Of a DNA stretch of 64,000 nt, positions 36,276 through 47,889 are shown in pieces. A program made the position numbers and the translations under genes. This DNA comes from Chiloscyllium plagiosum (lineage: Eukaryota). How positions within the stretch are numbered: the first letter of the stretch is position 1; each line of letters opens with the position of its first letter. The DNA is taken from NCBI RefSeq assembly GCF_004010195.1, contig NC_057720.1, positions 9,217,164-9,281,163 of the forward strand. The letters run 5' to 3'. The notes under the pieces are model-generated. The model worked only from the letters and a program-made list of their open reading frames with translations, did no database searches and had not been told where the DNA came from.

Positions 36276-36679
36276 TCTGGTTGTTAGTCAACTTGCCATT
36301 CTTGCCTGTCACAACTAACGAGCCTCCCTCCCAATAAATTTTGACTCCTTTTCTTTTAAATTCTGCCTTGAATAAATTCAGTGAACCAATCTCCAGTGCC
36401 TTCTAATGAAGAGAATTCCACAAACCGACATTGTCTGTGAAACAAAATGTCTCCTGCTCTCTACTTTTAAAAGGAGGGCTTAATTTTAAACTGCTTCCCC
36501 CAGTTCACCTTTCCAAACCGTTTTCCGAGTCCACTTTGTCAAGTCCCCTGAGGATTATAACAAGGTGACCTCTACTTCTTCTAACTTCCAATAGGCTCAA
36601 CCCTGCTCTGCTTTTCTTCATTAGTTCAGCCTTTCAGGAATTAGTCAAACGGACCTTCTCTGAACAGTATAGGAGACAG

Positions 36680-37560
36680 TTCAAAAACCAAATTACTGCA
36701 GGGGCTATAAATCAGAAACACAAACAGAAATTGCTGGAGGAACTCAAAATGGCTGACTTTATCTGTGGAGAGAAAGCAGAGTTAAGGTTTCGGGTCCAGT
36801 GACCCTCCTTTAGATCAGGGACCATTAGTGGCTGACAACAGCTTGTTAGTGGAAGCAGGCTTGTGTTGACAAAGTGCGGGTTGGGCTGAAGGACATGGGA
36901 GAAATTCCTCAGGCTCTAACATTATTGAACTTGATATTGAGTCCTGAAGGCTGCAGGGTCCCCAAGCCGAAAATGAGGAGCTGTTCTTCCATCTTGTTCT
37001 GAAGAAAGGTCATTGGATTCGAAGCATTAAGTCTGCATTCTCTCCACAGATGTTGCCAGACCTGCTGAGTATTCAAAGTTTGTGAGAAGATTTGTAGCTT
37101 GGGTGCTCGTTGCTGTGGTTCTGTTCGCCGAGCTGGAAGTTTTTGTTGCAAATGTTTCGTCCCCTGTCTAGGTGACATCCTCAGTGCTTGGGAGCCTCCT
37201 GTGAAGCGCTTCTGTGGTGTTTCCTCCGGCATTTATAGTGGCCTGTCCCTGCCGCTTCCAGTTGTGCCAGGGAATTCCTAGAAGCATGGCACTCATCCAC
37301 AAACTCCATCAACAAACACAGCGACTTGGACCCAATATACCGGCCACTACAGTGGACAGCTGAAACTGACAACCGGAAGTGGCAGGGACAGGCCACTATA
37401 AATGCCGGAGGAACCACCACAGAAGCGCTTCACAGGAGGCTCCCAAGCACTGAGGATGTCACCTAGACAGGGGACGAAACGTTTGCAACAAAAACTTCCA
37501 GCTCGGCGAACAGAACCACAGCTGCTGAGTATCTCCGGCAATTTCTGTTTATGGTTATGA
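36680..37560. mobile_element. Family B PLE remnant with inverted tails, with a nested family C fold-back (37073-37521, 11-bp TSD)
   Basis: KMEEQLLIFGLGTLQPSGLNIKFNN on the minus strand at 36910-36995. CTGCTGAGTAT at 37062-37072 and 37522-37532. Segments 37106-37264 and 37370-37521 are inverted copies. Confidence 0.85.
37450..37483 (+). ncRNA. Hammerhead ribozyme motif (family C; partner copy at 37151-37184 on -)
   Basis: GCA-CTGAGGA-T-GTCACC-TAGACA-GGGGAC-GAAAC-GTT-TGC, with AAACGTTT palindrome. Confidence 0.75.
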
Positions 37561-38214
37561 TCCAAATATATAAATTGTTCAAATAAGGAGATAAAAACTG
37601 TACACTATAAGCCAATACAGTATGCCCAAGGCTCTGTACATTTGCAGTAAAAATGTATAATCTTATATTCCATTTGCCTTGCAATAAATGGCAATACCCC
37701 ATTTGCTTTCCTAATCACTTGTTGTGTGTGCGTACTAACTTTCGGAAAAGAAGGAGTAGAATGTACCTACACAAATTGTTGAAGGACAGATGGAAAAAGA
37801 TAGGCGTCATCCTGAGTTTTATAAATAGTGCATAAAACAGGGAAGTTGTATTATGGTTTGATAAAATACCAGTTTAGTCTCAACTGGAGTATTGCGTCCA
37901 ATTCTGGACTCTACACATCAGGATGATACATAAAGCATTGGGAATGGCTCCTGAGAGGGTTACTTTGGCTTGATAGTAGATTGGAGTAGCTGGAACAGTT
38001 CTCCATAGACAAGATGACAAGGATTTAATAGAGATGTTCAACATCGTGGGGAGTCTAGGGGAGGTCAATTCGGAGGAGCTGTTTCATTGACAGAAGATTC
38101 CTGAACTATAGACACTAATTTAAGATACAAGCAAAAGAAGCTATGCTAATGCAAGGAAAATCACTCTTATGTTTTGATTGGCTAGGGTCTGGAATGAGAT
38201 TTGATGAGGATTAG

Positions 38215-39180
38215 GGAGGGAGAAAGTGAGGACTGCAGACGCTGGAGATCAGAGTCGAAAAGTGTGGTGCTGGAAAAGCACAGCCGATCAGGCAGCATCC
38301 AAAGAATCGGATAGGAGGGAAGGACGATGGACAGGTAAGACAGATCATGAAGGCGGTGCTAAATTGGAGGGTTGGATTTGGGATGAGGTGGGGGGAGGGG
38401 AGATAAGCAAACTGGTGAAGTCAATGTTGATGCCATGTGGTCCCAAGATGAAAGATGAGGTGTTCTTCCTCCAGACGTTGGTGGCTTGAATTTAGCAGTG
38501 GAGCAGGACCAGGATTTGTATATCCTTTGTGGAGTGGTAGAGGGAGTTGAAGTGGTCGGCACAGGGCAGTGGGGTTGTTTGATGCGTGTGCCCCAGAGAT
38601 GTTCCCTGAAGCATTTTACAAGTTGGCATCTTTCCTCCCCAATGTAGAGGAGATCACATTGAGAGCAATGGACACAATGCACGAAAATTTCTGCAGGATG
38701 TGGAAGGATCCTTTGGGCTCTTGCATGGAGGTGAGTGGGGGAGGCATGGGCTTTACTCCTCTTGTGGTGACAAGGGAAGGTGCCGGGATTGGAGATTGCA
38801 TTGGTGGGAGGCATGGACCTAACAAGGGAGTCACAGAGGGAATGGTCTCTATGGCATGCATGTAGGAGTGGGGAGGGAAAAAGATCTCCGGTGGTGGGGT
38901 CTGATTGTAGATGACAGAAATGGCGGAGGATAATGCACTGTATCCGGAGGTTAGTGAAGTGGAAGATGAGGACCGGGGGGTTCCATCCTTGTTACGTTGG
39001 GAGGGGTGGGGTTGATGGGCAGATGTGCAGGAAATGGAGGAGATGCGCTGGAAGGCATTGTTGATCACATGGGAGGGGAAACTGCTGTCCTTGAAGTTGG
39101 ATGTCCTAGCCTCATCATACGCCTCCACCATACCTGCTCCCAGGAGGAGCAATTCCAATCCAGGACATCCCAGATGGCCA
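38215..39180 (-). mobile_element. Decayed Penelope-like element (GIY-YIG) with short 5' inversion
   Basis: ORF 38359-38814(-) has PGTFPCHHKR...HCVHCSQCDLLYIGEE...FREHL. ORF 38616-39158(-) has FKDSSFPSHVINNAFQRISS. 39112-39180(+) encodes RLHHTCSQEEQFQSRTSQMA. Confidence 0.85.
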
Positions 39181-40509
39181 AGATGAAGAACTTGAATGCA
39201 AAGATGCAGTGATTTAGTCAGTTAGGCTCCTTTGTCAGGTTATACCTGGAGCATTGCGTTCAGCTCTGGGCACTGCATTTCAAAGGCTACATTGGTCTTA
39301 CATTGAGTACAGCAGAACCTAATCTGAATGACAGCTGTGTTTCGAATGCTAAATGGGAAGGGGAGCTTCCATATGCTTGCCTTTGTGAACACTTTCTTTA
39401 ATGTTAAAGATTAAGAGGACACCCAGTGGAGGTGGTTAAAATGTTCCAAGGACTGGAGATAGTTGATTCAGCGAAACTATTTCCTCTTGGAGGACAGAAG
39501 AACAAAGAGACAGAGTTCAATCTTTCAGAGAGAATCAGGTGTCACTGATTCATACAAAAAATTGTGGAGACTTATCAGTCTCTCCTTCAACAAGGTGTCG
39601 ATGCCAGGAGCCAAAGTTCAATTTGTCTCCAGCAGACTCCCAGGCCAACCCTAACTCCTTAAGCAAAGCCTAACTCCTTAACTCCAACCCAACCCAATCT
39701 CATTCCAGACCCTAGCTAATCAAAATATAAAAGTGATTTTCCTCACATTAGCAAGGCTTCGTTTGCCTTCATCTGAAATCAGTGTCCGTAGTTCTTGAAT
39801 CTTCTGTCAATTAAACAGCTTTTTGCATTTGACTCTTTTTAGATCTCTCATAATGTTTTTTTTTTCACCTTGTTCATTCTCAGCAAGAGGGTGTCACTGG
39901 CTAGGCCAGCATTGATTGGCTGGAGAGCAGTTAAGAGTCAACCCCATTGCTGTGGGTCTGGAGTCACGTGTAAGCCAGACCAGGTAAGGATGGCAAATTC
40001 CTTTCCTAAAGGGCATTAATGAACCAGATGGGCTTTTCCCAAAAATTGACAATGGATTCATGGTCATCATTAAATTCTTAATTCCAGATACTTATTGGAT
40101 TCACATTCCACTATCTGCTGTCGTGGGATTCAAACCCAGATCCCCAAAATGTTACTGGGTTTCTAGACTAACAGCCCAGCAATAATACCACGAGGTCATC
40201 ACCTCTGCTGAAGAAGGCAATTGCGTCTTTCAAGACGTGGATTTTCAGATTGTTATTGGTGAGGGTATGGAGATAAGGCTGAGAAATTAGGCTGTGTGGA
40301 ATTGGCAGAGTTAGTAGAGCCAAAAGAACATGACATAGCCACTGTTGCTAAACTCCAGTGACCTGCATAGCACTTGAGTACATTTTAAATTTTGCAATGT
40401 TTAAGAGGGGAATGAGGATGTGCAAAAAAAAAAGTGCATGGGGATAGATCAGAAAAATGTGATGCGAATAGTTTGACCACCAGCTAAAAACAAATGAACT
40501 TGTGATGAT

Positions 40510-40772
40510 CAGAAACAGAAACAGAAATTGCTGGAGAAACTCAGCAGGTCTGGCAGCATCTGTAGAAAGAAAACATAATTAATATTTCGAGTCCATGACT
40601 CTTCATCAGAACTGGTTGAGATGAAGCACTCAGTGCTGATAAGGAGTTTCCAGATACAAAACATTAACGTCTGCTTTCTTCCTCCAGATGCTGCCAGACC
40701 TGCTGAGTTTTTTCCAACAATTTCTGGTTTTGTTTCAGATTTCCAGCATCCACATTTCTTTGTTTTATTTTA
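40510..40772. mobile_element. PLE family B fold-back with hammerhead at 40580-40609(-)
   Basis: AAACTCAGCAGGTCTGGCAGCATCTG pairs with CAGATGCTGCCAGACCTGCTGAGTTT. Reverse complement CTGATGA-A-GAGTC-ATG-GACTC-GAAA-TAT-TA. Confidence 0.8.
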
Positions 40773-43135
40773 GGTGATTTTGTTTTCAGATCCTCTTTAT
40801 AAGGAAGTGCCTATCATCCATTGACTCCGTCTGTGCCTTCCCGCTGCCTTGAGATGCCAGTCAACATAAGCAAAGACTCCACCCATCCCAGTGATAATCT
40901 CTTCCAACCTCTTCTGTCCGGCAGAAAAACTTAAAAACACTTACCAAGAGCTTCAAGAACAGCTTCTTCACTGTTGCTGTTTGATTTCTGAATGGACCTC
41001 TCAAATTTAATGTCGATCTTGCTCATTGTGCCCCTTGTCTGCAGCTGTTAACATTGTAACCCTCGCTCTGTTCTATTACCCTAATACACTTTCTATGGCA
41101 TGATCTGCCTGTACTGCAGGCAGAACAAAACTTTGCACTGTACCCAGGTACATGTGACAACAATAAATGAAATCAATTCAAATCAAACAGTTTCCCAGAC
41201 TACAGCAATGAATACACTTCAAAAAGCATTCCATTGGCTGTAAAGAGCTTTGGGATGTCCTTGAGTTGTAAAGCAGATCACATAAATGAAATTCTTTTAT
41301 TCTTTTTATACATCTGAAGTGAAGTTTGTGCATGCCTGACACCCGAAGGTTTCACTGCTTTAGATGATTAATTCAAAATTAGATATAAAATGTATTTTGT
41401 AAGTGACAGGTTTGCCATGGAATATGGTGTGATGGCAACTACAAGTGAGATGGCGTGACACAATATCCCACAGAGACTCTCATGAATTACTGCCCTTGGC
41501 ATCTACAGTGCAAGTCACTGATTGCCTCCTGTATATTCACATAACAATCCCACGGGCACTACATATGCCATTTTTTTAAAGTGGAGCTGAGGAATAACCA
41601 GCCACCTGTCTCTTTTTTTTATGGAAGCTTCATGTTTTGACTGTCACAAACTCCTCAGAACATTACTCCGTGACATGGCTGCTCTTGTTCGAATCAGCAC
41701 ACGAAGTACATTACAACAGATTTTTTAAAAATCATTCACAGGATTAGAAGTCAGCATGTGAAACATGAAAAATAGGAGCAGGGGTAGACCATTCGGCCCT
41801 TTGAGTCCACTCTGCTGTTCAACTGATCATCCAACCCAGTCCCCTGTTCCTGCTTTCTCTTGCCAGAAGGATATTCTTTGATCCTTTTAGCCCTTCAGAA
41901 CGATGTCTGGCTCCTTATTGAAAACATTCACTATTTTGACCTCAATTTTCTGTGGTAGAGAATTCCACCCGCTCACCACTCTCTAAACATTCATTTCCCA
42001 TCCCTCAATAAGGTGGTACAGCTGTCTCTTGAACCAATGCAGTCCCTGCAAAGATTCTGCTGTTCCATCGGATTATTTTTGATAACACTGAGTAGCTTGC
42101 TAAGTCATTTCAAAGACCAATTAAGAATCTACATTGGCCATGGAAAATCTATGTTGTTATTATATGTCCATCAGATCAGGTAAGCATCAAATTAATTTCC
42201 AATGCTCACTGATGAGCAAGATTGATTTGAGAATAGTACAAATTCCTTCATGTTTATCATTGCTAGTATCTACTTTAAATTCAGTTACTTAAATAAGCCT
42301 GAAATAAGATCTTTGCAATGCTCGATGGGATTTGAACTTATATCCCTGGATTATTTAGCCAAGCCTTCTAATCACTAGTAAAGTATCATGACTATAAATT
42401 TTCACACTTATGAAAGAGTGGGGTGCTGATGGAGGGATTTGATGCAGAATGCAGTTAACATATGAACCAAGAGCAAGAGGAGGCCATTCAGCCCCAGAAG
42501 CCTGCTCCACCATTAGATAAGATCATGACTGATCTCATCCAGGCTTCAACTTCACTTCTGAAGAAATGATCATTGGACCCAAACCGTTAACTCTGTTTTT
42601 CTCTCTCCACAGATGCTGCCAGACATGCTGAGGTTTTCCAACAATTTCTGTTTTTGTTTCTTATTTCCAGCATCCGCATTTCTTCGGTTTTCTCGTTGAG
42701 TGCTCAACTCCACATTCCTGCCTGCTCTCCATAACTTTGCTAACCATTACTAATAAAAGATCTGTCTAAATCCTCCCTAAATGTTTTAATTGTTCCAGCA
42801 TCCCGTATACTCTGGGGGAGTGACTTTTGCAGATTCGTGGCCCACTGAGAGAAGTAATTCCTCTTCATCTTTGCTTCAAATCTGCTGCCACTTATTCAAA
42901 AACTATGACCTCACTCTCTAATTGCACAGGAAAATTATGTAACTTGTTCTATCCAGGATCACAGTGACCTTCTTAAGTGTCGTTCCAATTCAATTGACCA
43001 AGCAGGTGATGATTTTTTTAAAATGCTCATTCATTGGATGCGGGTGTCACTGGTTGATTCAGTGCTTCTTCCCTATCCCTTGTTGTCCCCAAGAAAGTCA
43101 TGCAGAGCTGCCTTCTTTGAAGTTCCTTCATGCAG

Positions 43136-43252
43136 GAGGAGAAAGTGAGGACTGCAGATGCTGGAGATCAGAGCTGAAAATGTGTTGCTGGAAAAGCGCA
43201 GCAGGTCAGGCAGCATCCAAGGAGCAGGAGAATTGACGTTTCGGGCATGAGC
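43136..43252 (-). mobile_element. PLE family A tail truncated inside the hammerhead, 11-bp TSD
   Basis: CCTTCATGCAG at 43125-43135 and 43253-43263. Confidence 0.8.
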
Positions 43253-43299
43253 CCTTCATGCAGCCTTCTGAGAAATTCTGCAGCCCCTCTATTGTCTGT

Positions 43300-44400
43300 C
43301 CTGACTGCTCACCCCTGATCCGAACTCTCCATTGAAGATCCCATCTTTCTAAGCATGTGTCAAGCTTTCTGCCTGCATGACCAACCCCACTCGGTTGGTG
43401 CTGTGTCTGAAATCATGCGAATGTTTGGCAGGCCAGATCAGCCAAGCATCTCAGTGTCTGGTATTTTTTTCGGCCACCTGATCAGCTGGCCCTTCTGAAG
43501 ATGGCTCAAGCAGAATTGACCTTCTCGATTTTCACGACGCAGGTGTACAGTCCAAGATTCACTGAGTAGAGTGAGTAAGAAAGCATAGAATTCCTACAGT
43601 ATGGAAGCAGATCGTTCAATCCACACCAATCCTCAGAAAAGCATCCCACTCAGACACACCCCTCTACCCCATCCCTGTAACCTTGCATTTCCCATGGCCA
43701 TTCTATCTCGCCTGCACAACTTTGGACTTTGGGACGAAACCACAGCACCCAGAGAAAACCCACACAGATACGGGTAGAATGCAGGAGAAAGTGAGGACCG
43801 TAGATGCTGGAGATCAGGGTCAAAAAGTGTGGTGCTGGAAAAGCACAGCAGGTCAGGCAGCATCTGAGGAGCAGGAGAGTCAATGTTTCGAGTATTAGCT
43901 CTTCATCAAGAATGAGCAAAGCCCACACAGTCTGTCACCTAACAGTGGAATCAAACCCAGGTCGCTAGTGCTGTGAGGCAACAGTACTAACCACTGAGCC
44001 ACCATGCCACCTTATTGCTCTATTGATTTTCAGTTTGGTAGGTAGACCTAGTTATCTTCATTCCCAAGCAGATTTGCCAAGGGCTTCCTTGCTCATGTTC
44101 CTTTGTTGTTGAGAGCTCAGGACAATGAGCTGCCCAGATAAGTGACCCTATCCTCTGCTAACAGATTCTGGTAATCTTGAGCTTGGGATAAGGTTTGCCT
44201 GGAGGAGTTGCTGTATTCTTTGTCTTCATATTGGTCAGAATGTCAAAGTCTTGTCATGCATTGGAGAGCCAGGACAATATACAGCTCCCGAAGACCGTGT
44301 TGTAGGGCCATTGGCAATCGGGTAAGGACGACAGATACTGGATGAGTCAATGCAAAAGTGTTCTACCTCCCTTACACCATTTATGCAGGAGCAGTGTGAA
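43300..44400 (-). mobile_element. Very old RTE-clade LINE remnant, interrupted by an HE1-like SINE (43585-44010) that itself holds a PLE tail
   Basis: Frameshifted minus-strand peptides ..PPGKPYPK.., ..DRVTYLGSSLS.. and ..IRWPKKIPDTEML..GLPNI resemble RTE ORF motifs. Confidence 0.55.
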
Positions 44401-47029
44401 ACAAAGGTTGACATGGGGATCACATAAAGCAAACAAGAGACAGATGGGCAAAATGAGGCCTAAGAGTTAGGTTGTAAGGATTCTCTTGACAGGTAGAGAG
44501 GTTTGGTGAGGGAATTCCAGAGTTTGCAGTCTAGACCACCGAAGACATAGTCACCAATGCTGGAACAATTAAATTCAGAGCTGTTCAAGAGACCAGAATT
44601 AAAGGAGCTAAGCCTTTCCGTCTTAATCTCCACATGGACTCTATTTGTGGAACTGTGTGATATGAGAAAATTAAATCTGTGCTCAATGGATATAATTACA
44701 GGTGAACTTTTGGAGAGATGTGAAAAGACATCAAAAAGCAAATCTTTTCTTTTATTTCTGTCATACTGTTCCTTTCTTAGCAAAATCCGCTCTCTGATAA
44801 TTGCCCTACTTATTCAAGTTTCAGTTGACTGATTTAGTAGTTGATGATGGTCTTGATGGGTGCTTCAAGAGTTTGATGTGCTCTTTCTGGTGGGAACTGA
44901 ACATTTAATACAGTGGGTTGGATGTGTTCTGAGTGACAGAGATTTGTAGCCCCTTTTACAAACTGCGTGGTTTTCTTTCCCAGCGACTATTACAGGAGTA
45001 AAAGTGAAGATTAAAAAAAAATTAATATCTAACAAGGTAATTACTCTTCAGACCCAAGTTGACACATGTTTCAGAATCGAATTATAATTACATTTTTAAT
45101 CTTCGCTTCAGGCTTCATAATCCAGCTTTCTGTAAATGAACATTCTCTTTTAAATTTATACAAACAGTAGTTATACCATAGTTATCTAATTAATGTAAAG
45201 GAGCTCTGACATTGTACTTTTCAATTACATTGTTAAAAAAAACTAGATTCATACAGCGCCTTATCATGTTGACATGCCTCCAAGTGTACTGCACGCTGAG
45301 TTGGTTTTGGATTGAAGCAACTCGTTATTTGGTGAAATGTGACAACCGTTCAGCATGAGCTGAATTCTACAATGAGCAGAAATTTGAAAGAATGGTTTGG
45401 TTGCTGGCAGTGTGGGGGACTGGAGTCATGTTAATGACAGCAACAGTTTGGCATCAATGGTGGGTAAGTGGTTAATGACACTATATTAGCAATCCAGCAG
45501 AGGCCCTGGCTAGTTCACTGGGTCATGGGTTTCCATCTCACCAAGGCATCTGTTCTCAGTGATCATTTAATTATCATTGCAACCAACCTGGTTCACAAAA
45601 TTCTTGCCTTTGGACAGAGAACCTACTGTTCTTACCCAGGCTGGTTGACATATGACTCGAGACCCACAGCAAACCCAGAAAGAAAAGTGTTCATACTGGA
45701 GTTCCCATTTTGAAGAGGTGATGGCCTAGCGGTATCATGGTTGGGCTGTTACTCGAGAGACTTGGGGGATGCTCTGGGGACCTGGGCTCGAATCCTGCCA
45801 CAGCAGATATTGGAACTTCAGTTCAGTAAAACAATCTGGGGTGGAGGTTCGAATGATGATGATGATGGAACCTATTGTCAATTGTTGGGAAAAACCCATC
45901 TGGCTCACTAATGTCCTTTAGGGATGGAAACTGACATCCTCACCTGGTCTGGCCTATGTGTGACTCCAGACCCACAGTAATGTGATTGATTCTTAACTGC
46001 CTGTGGGCAATTAGGCTTGGGTAATAAATGCTGGTCTGGGCACCGATGCCGGTGAATAAAGAAAAGTTTACAAGATGAGTCAAATCAGTACATGTCAATT
46101 TACAGGCCATTCCTTTTGGTTTGTAAGATAAAGGCACCATTGTCTTACCAGATCTTGGGCTGCTCTCTTATTAGACATGAGGGTCACTACACTGTGGCTT
46201 CAAAAGTCTGTGTGGAGTTTGCACATTCTCCCCATGTCTGTGTGGGTTTCCTCTGAGTGCTCTGGTTTCCTCCCACAGTCCAAAGATGTACAGGTTAGGT
46301 GGATTGGCCAGGCTAAATTGTCCATAGTGTCCAGGAATGTAAAGGCTAGGTGGATTAGCCATGGGAAGTGTGGGGTTATGGAGATAGTGTCGGGGTCTCA
46401 GTGGGATACTCTTCAGAAGGTCAGAGCAGATTCAATGGGCTGAATTGTCTCTTTCCACATTGTGGGAATATTGAGTCTACAGCTCTTTGTTCTGGAGAGA
46501 AATTGGGAAATGGATACTGATGGTAGTAATATCAGCCATGATGATATTGTGTGCTGGCATAGTATTCCAGGGCTGAATGGCCTATGCCTGCTCCTATTTT
46601 CCACATTTGTACATAAAAGTTCACCATCCACCTTCCTGTCCAACCACTTAATATATCACATCATCCATTAACCTTAAGTAAATTGTTGACAGCGTCTATT
46701 TTTCACCCTTTTCTGCTGACTGCCCAATTCACAGACTTATCACTCTTTCACTGAAAACCTTCCTCTTTCCTCGATCTTCCCTTGTTTGAAACTTTGAATT
46801 TTATACCAAGAAGAAGAAGCATTATCAATCTCAAGTTGCATCATGTCACCTCTCTGTTTCCATATTCAAAGAAAGAGCAATCTCTGGGTCACCAGCACTG
46901 TCTGTTCTTAAATCCCTTATCCTCAAGTTCTGGAGTGATTTGCATGTGTTTCCTCCAATAATTGAAATTTCTAATAAAACACACCAAGGCCAAACATCAT
47001 TTGACAATTACTGCTCTCAGTTTTTAAAA

Positions 47030-47347
47030 TACACAGTGGTTAGCACTGCTGCCTCACAGTGCCAGAGACCCGGGTTCAATTCCCGCCTCAGGCGACTCAC
47101 TGTGTGGAATTTGCACATTCTCCCTGTGTCTGCGTGGGTTTCCTCTGGGTGCTCCGGTTTCCTCCCACAGTCCAAAAATGTGAAAGTTAGGTGAATTGGC
47201 CATGCTAAATTGCCCGTAGTGTTAGGTGAAGGGGTAAATGTAGGGGAATGGGTCTGTGTGGGTTGCTCTTCGGAGGGTCAGTGTGGACTTGTTGGGCCGA
47301 AGGGCCTGTTTCCACACTGTAAGTAATCTAGTCTAATCTAATCTAAT
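47030..47347 (+). mobile_element. HE1-type SINE (further copies at 46200-46470, 52790-53110, 63665-63783)
   Basis: CAGTGGTTAGCACTGCTGCCTCACAG...CCGGGTTCAATTCCCG...(AATCT)n tail. Confidence 0.92.
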
Positions 47348-47889
47348 CCTACAGTACATTCTCACCATGCCATTGCCTGTGAATGTTGTACTGATGCAGT
47401 GTGACTTGGACAGGTTGGCTGAGGGGGCAAATACATGGCAAATGCAATATCATGTGGATAAACGTGAGGCTTTCCACTTTGGTCGCAAAAACAGGAAGAC
47501 AGATTATTATCTGAATGGTGGCAGTTTAGGCAAAGGTGAGGTACAATGGGACCTGGATGTTATGGTGGGACAGTCATTAGATATATTCAAGAGGGAGCTG
47601 GATGTGACACTAGCAGCTAAAGGGATCAAGGGATATGGGTAGAGGGTGGGAATGGGATACTGAGATTGCATGTTCAGCCATGATCATATTGAATGGTGGT
47701 GCAGGCTCGAAGGGCCGAATGGCCTATTCCCGAGCCTATTTTCTATGTTTTATGCAATTATTTCAATAAAATCCTAAGGTTATTCTGATTGCAACCCACA
47801 ATATAGCTTTCTATGAAGAACATTGCCTACAAATGTTTGCTGTCTGCAAAATCTCAAAACTATCCAAGATGGAGGATGAGAGAAAATTG

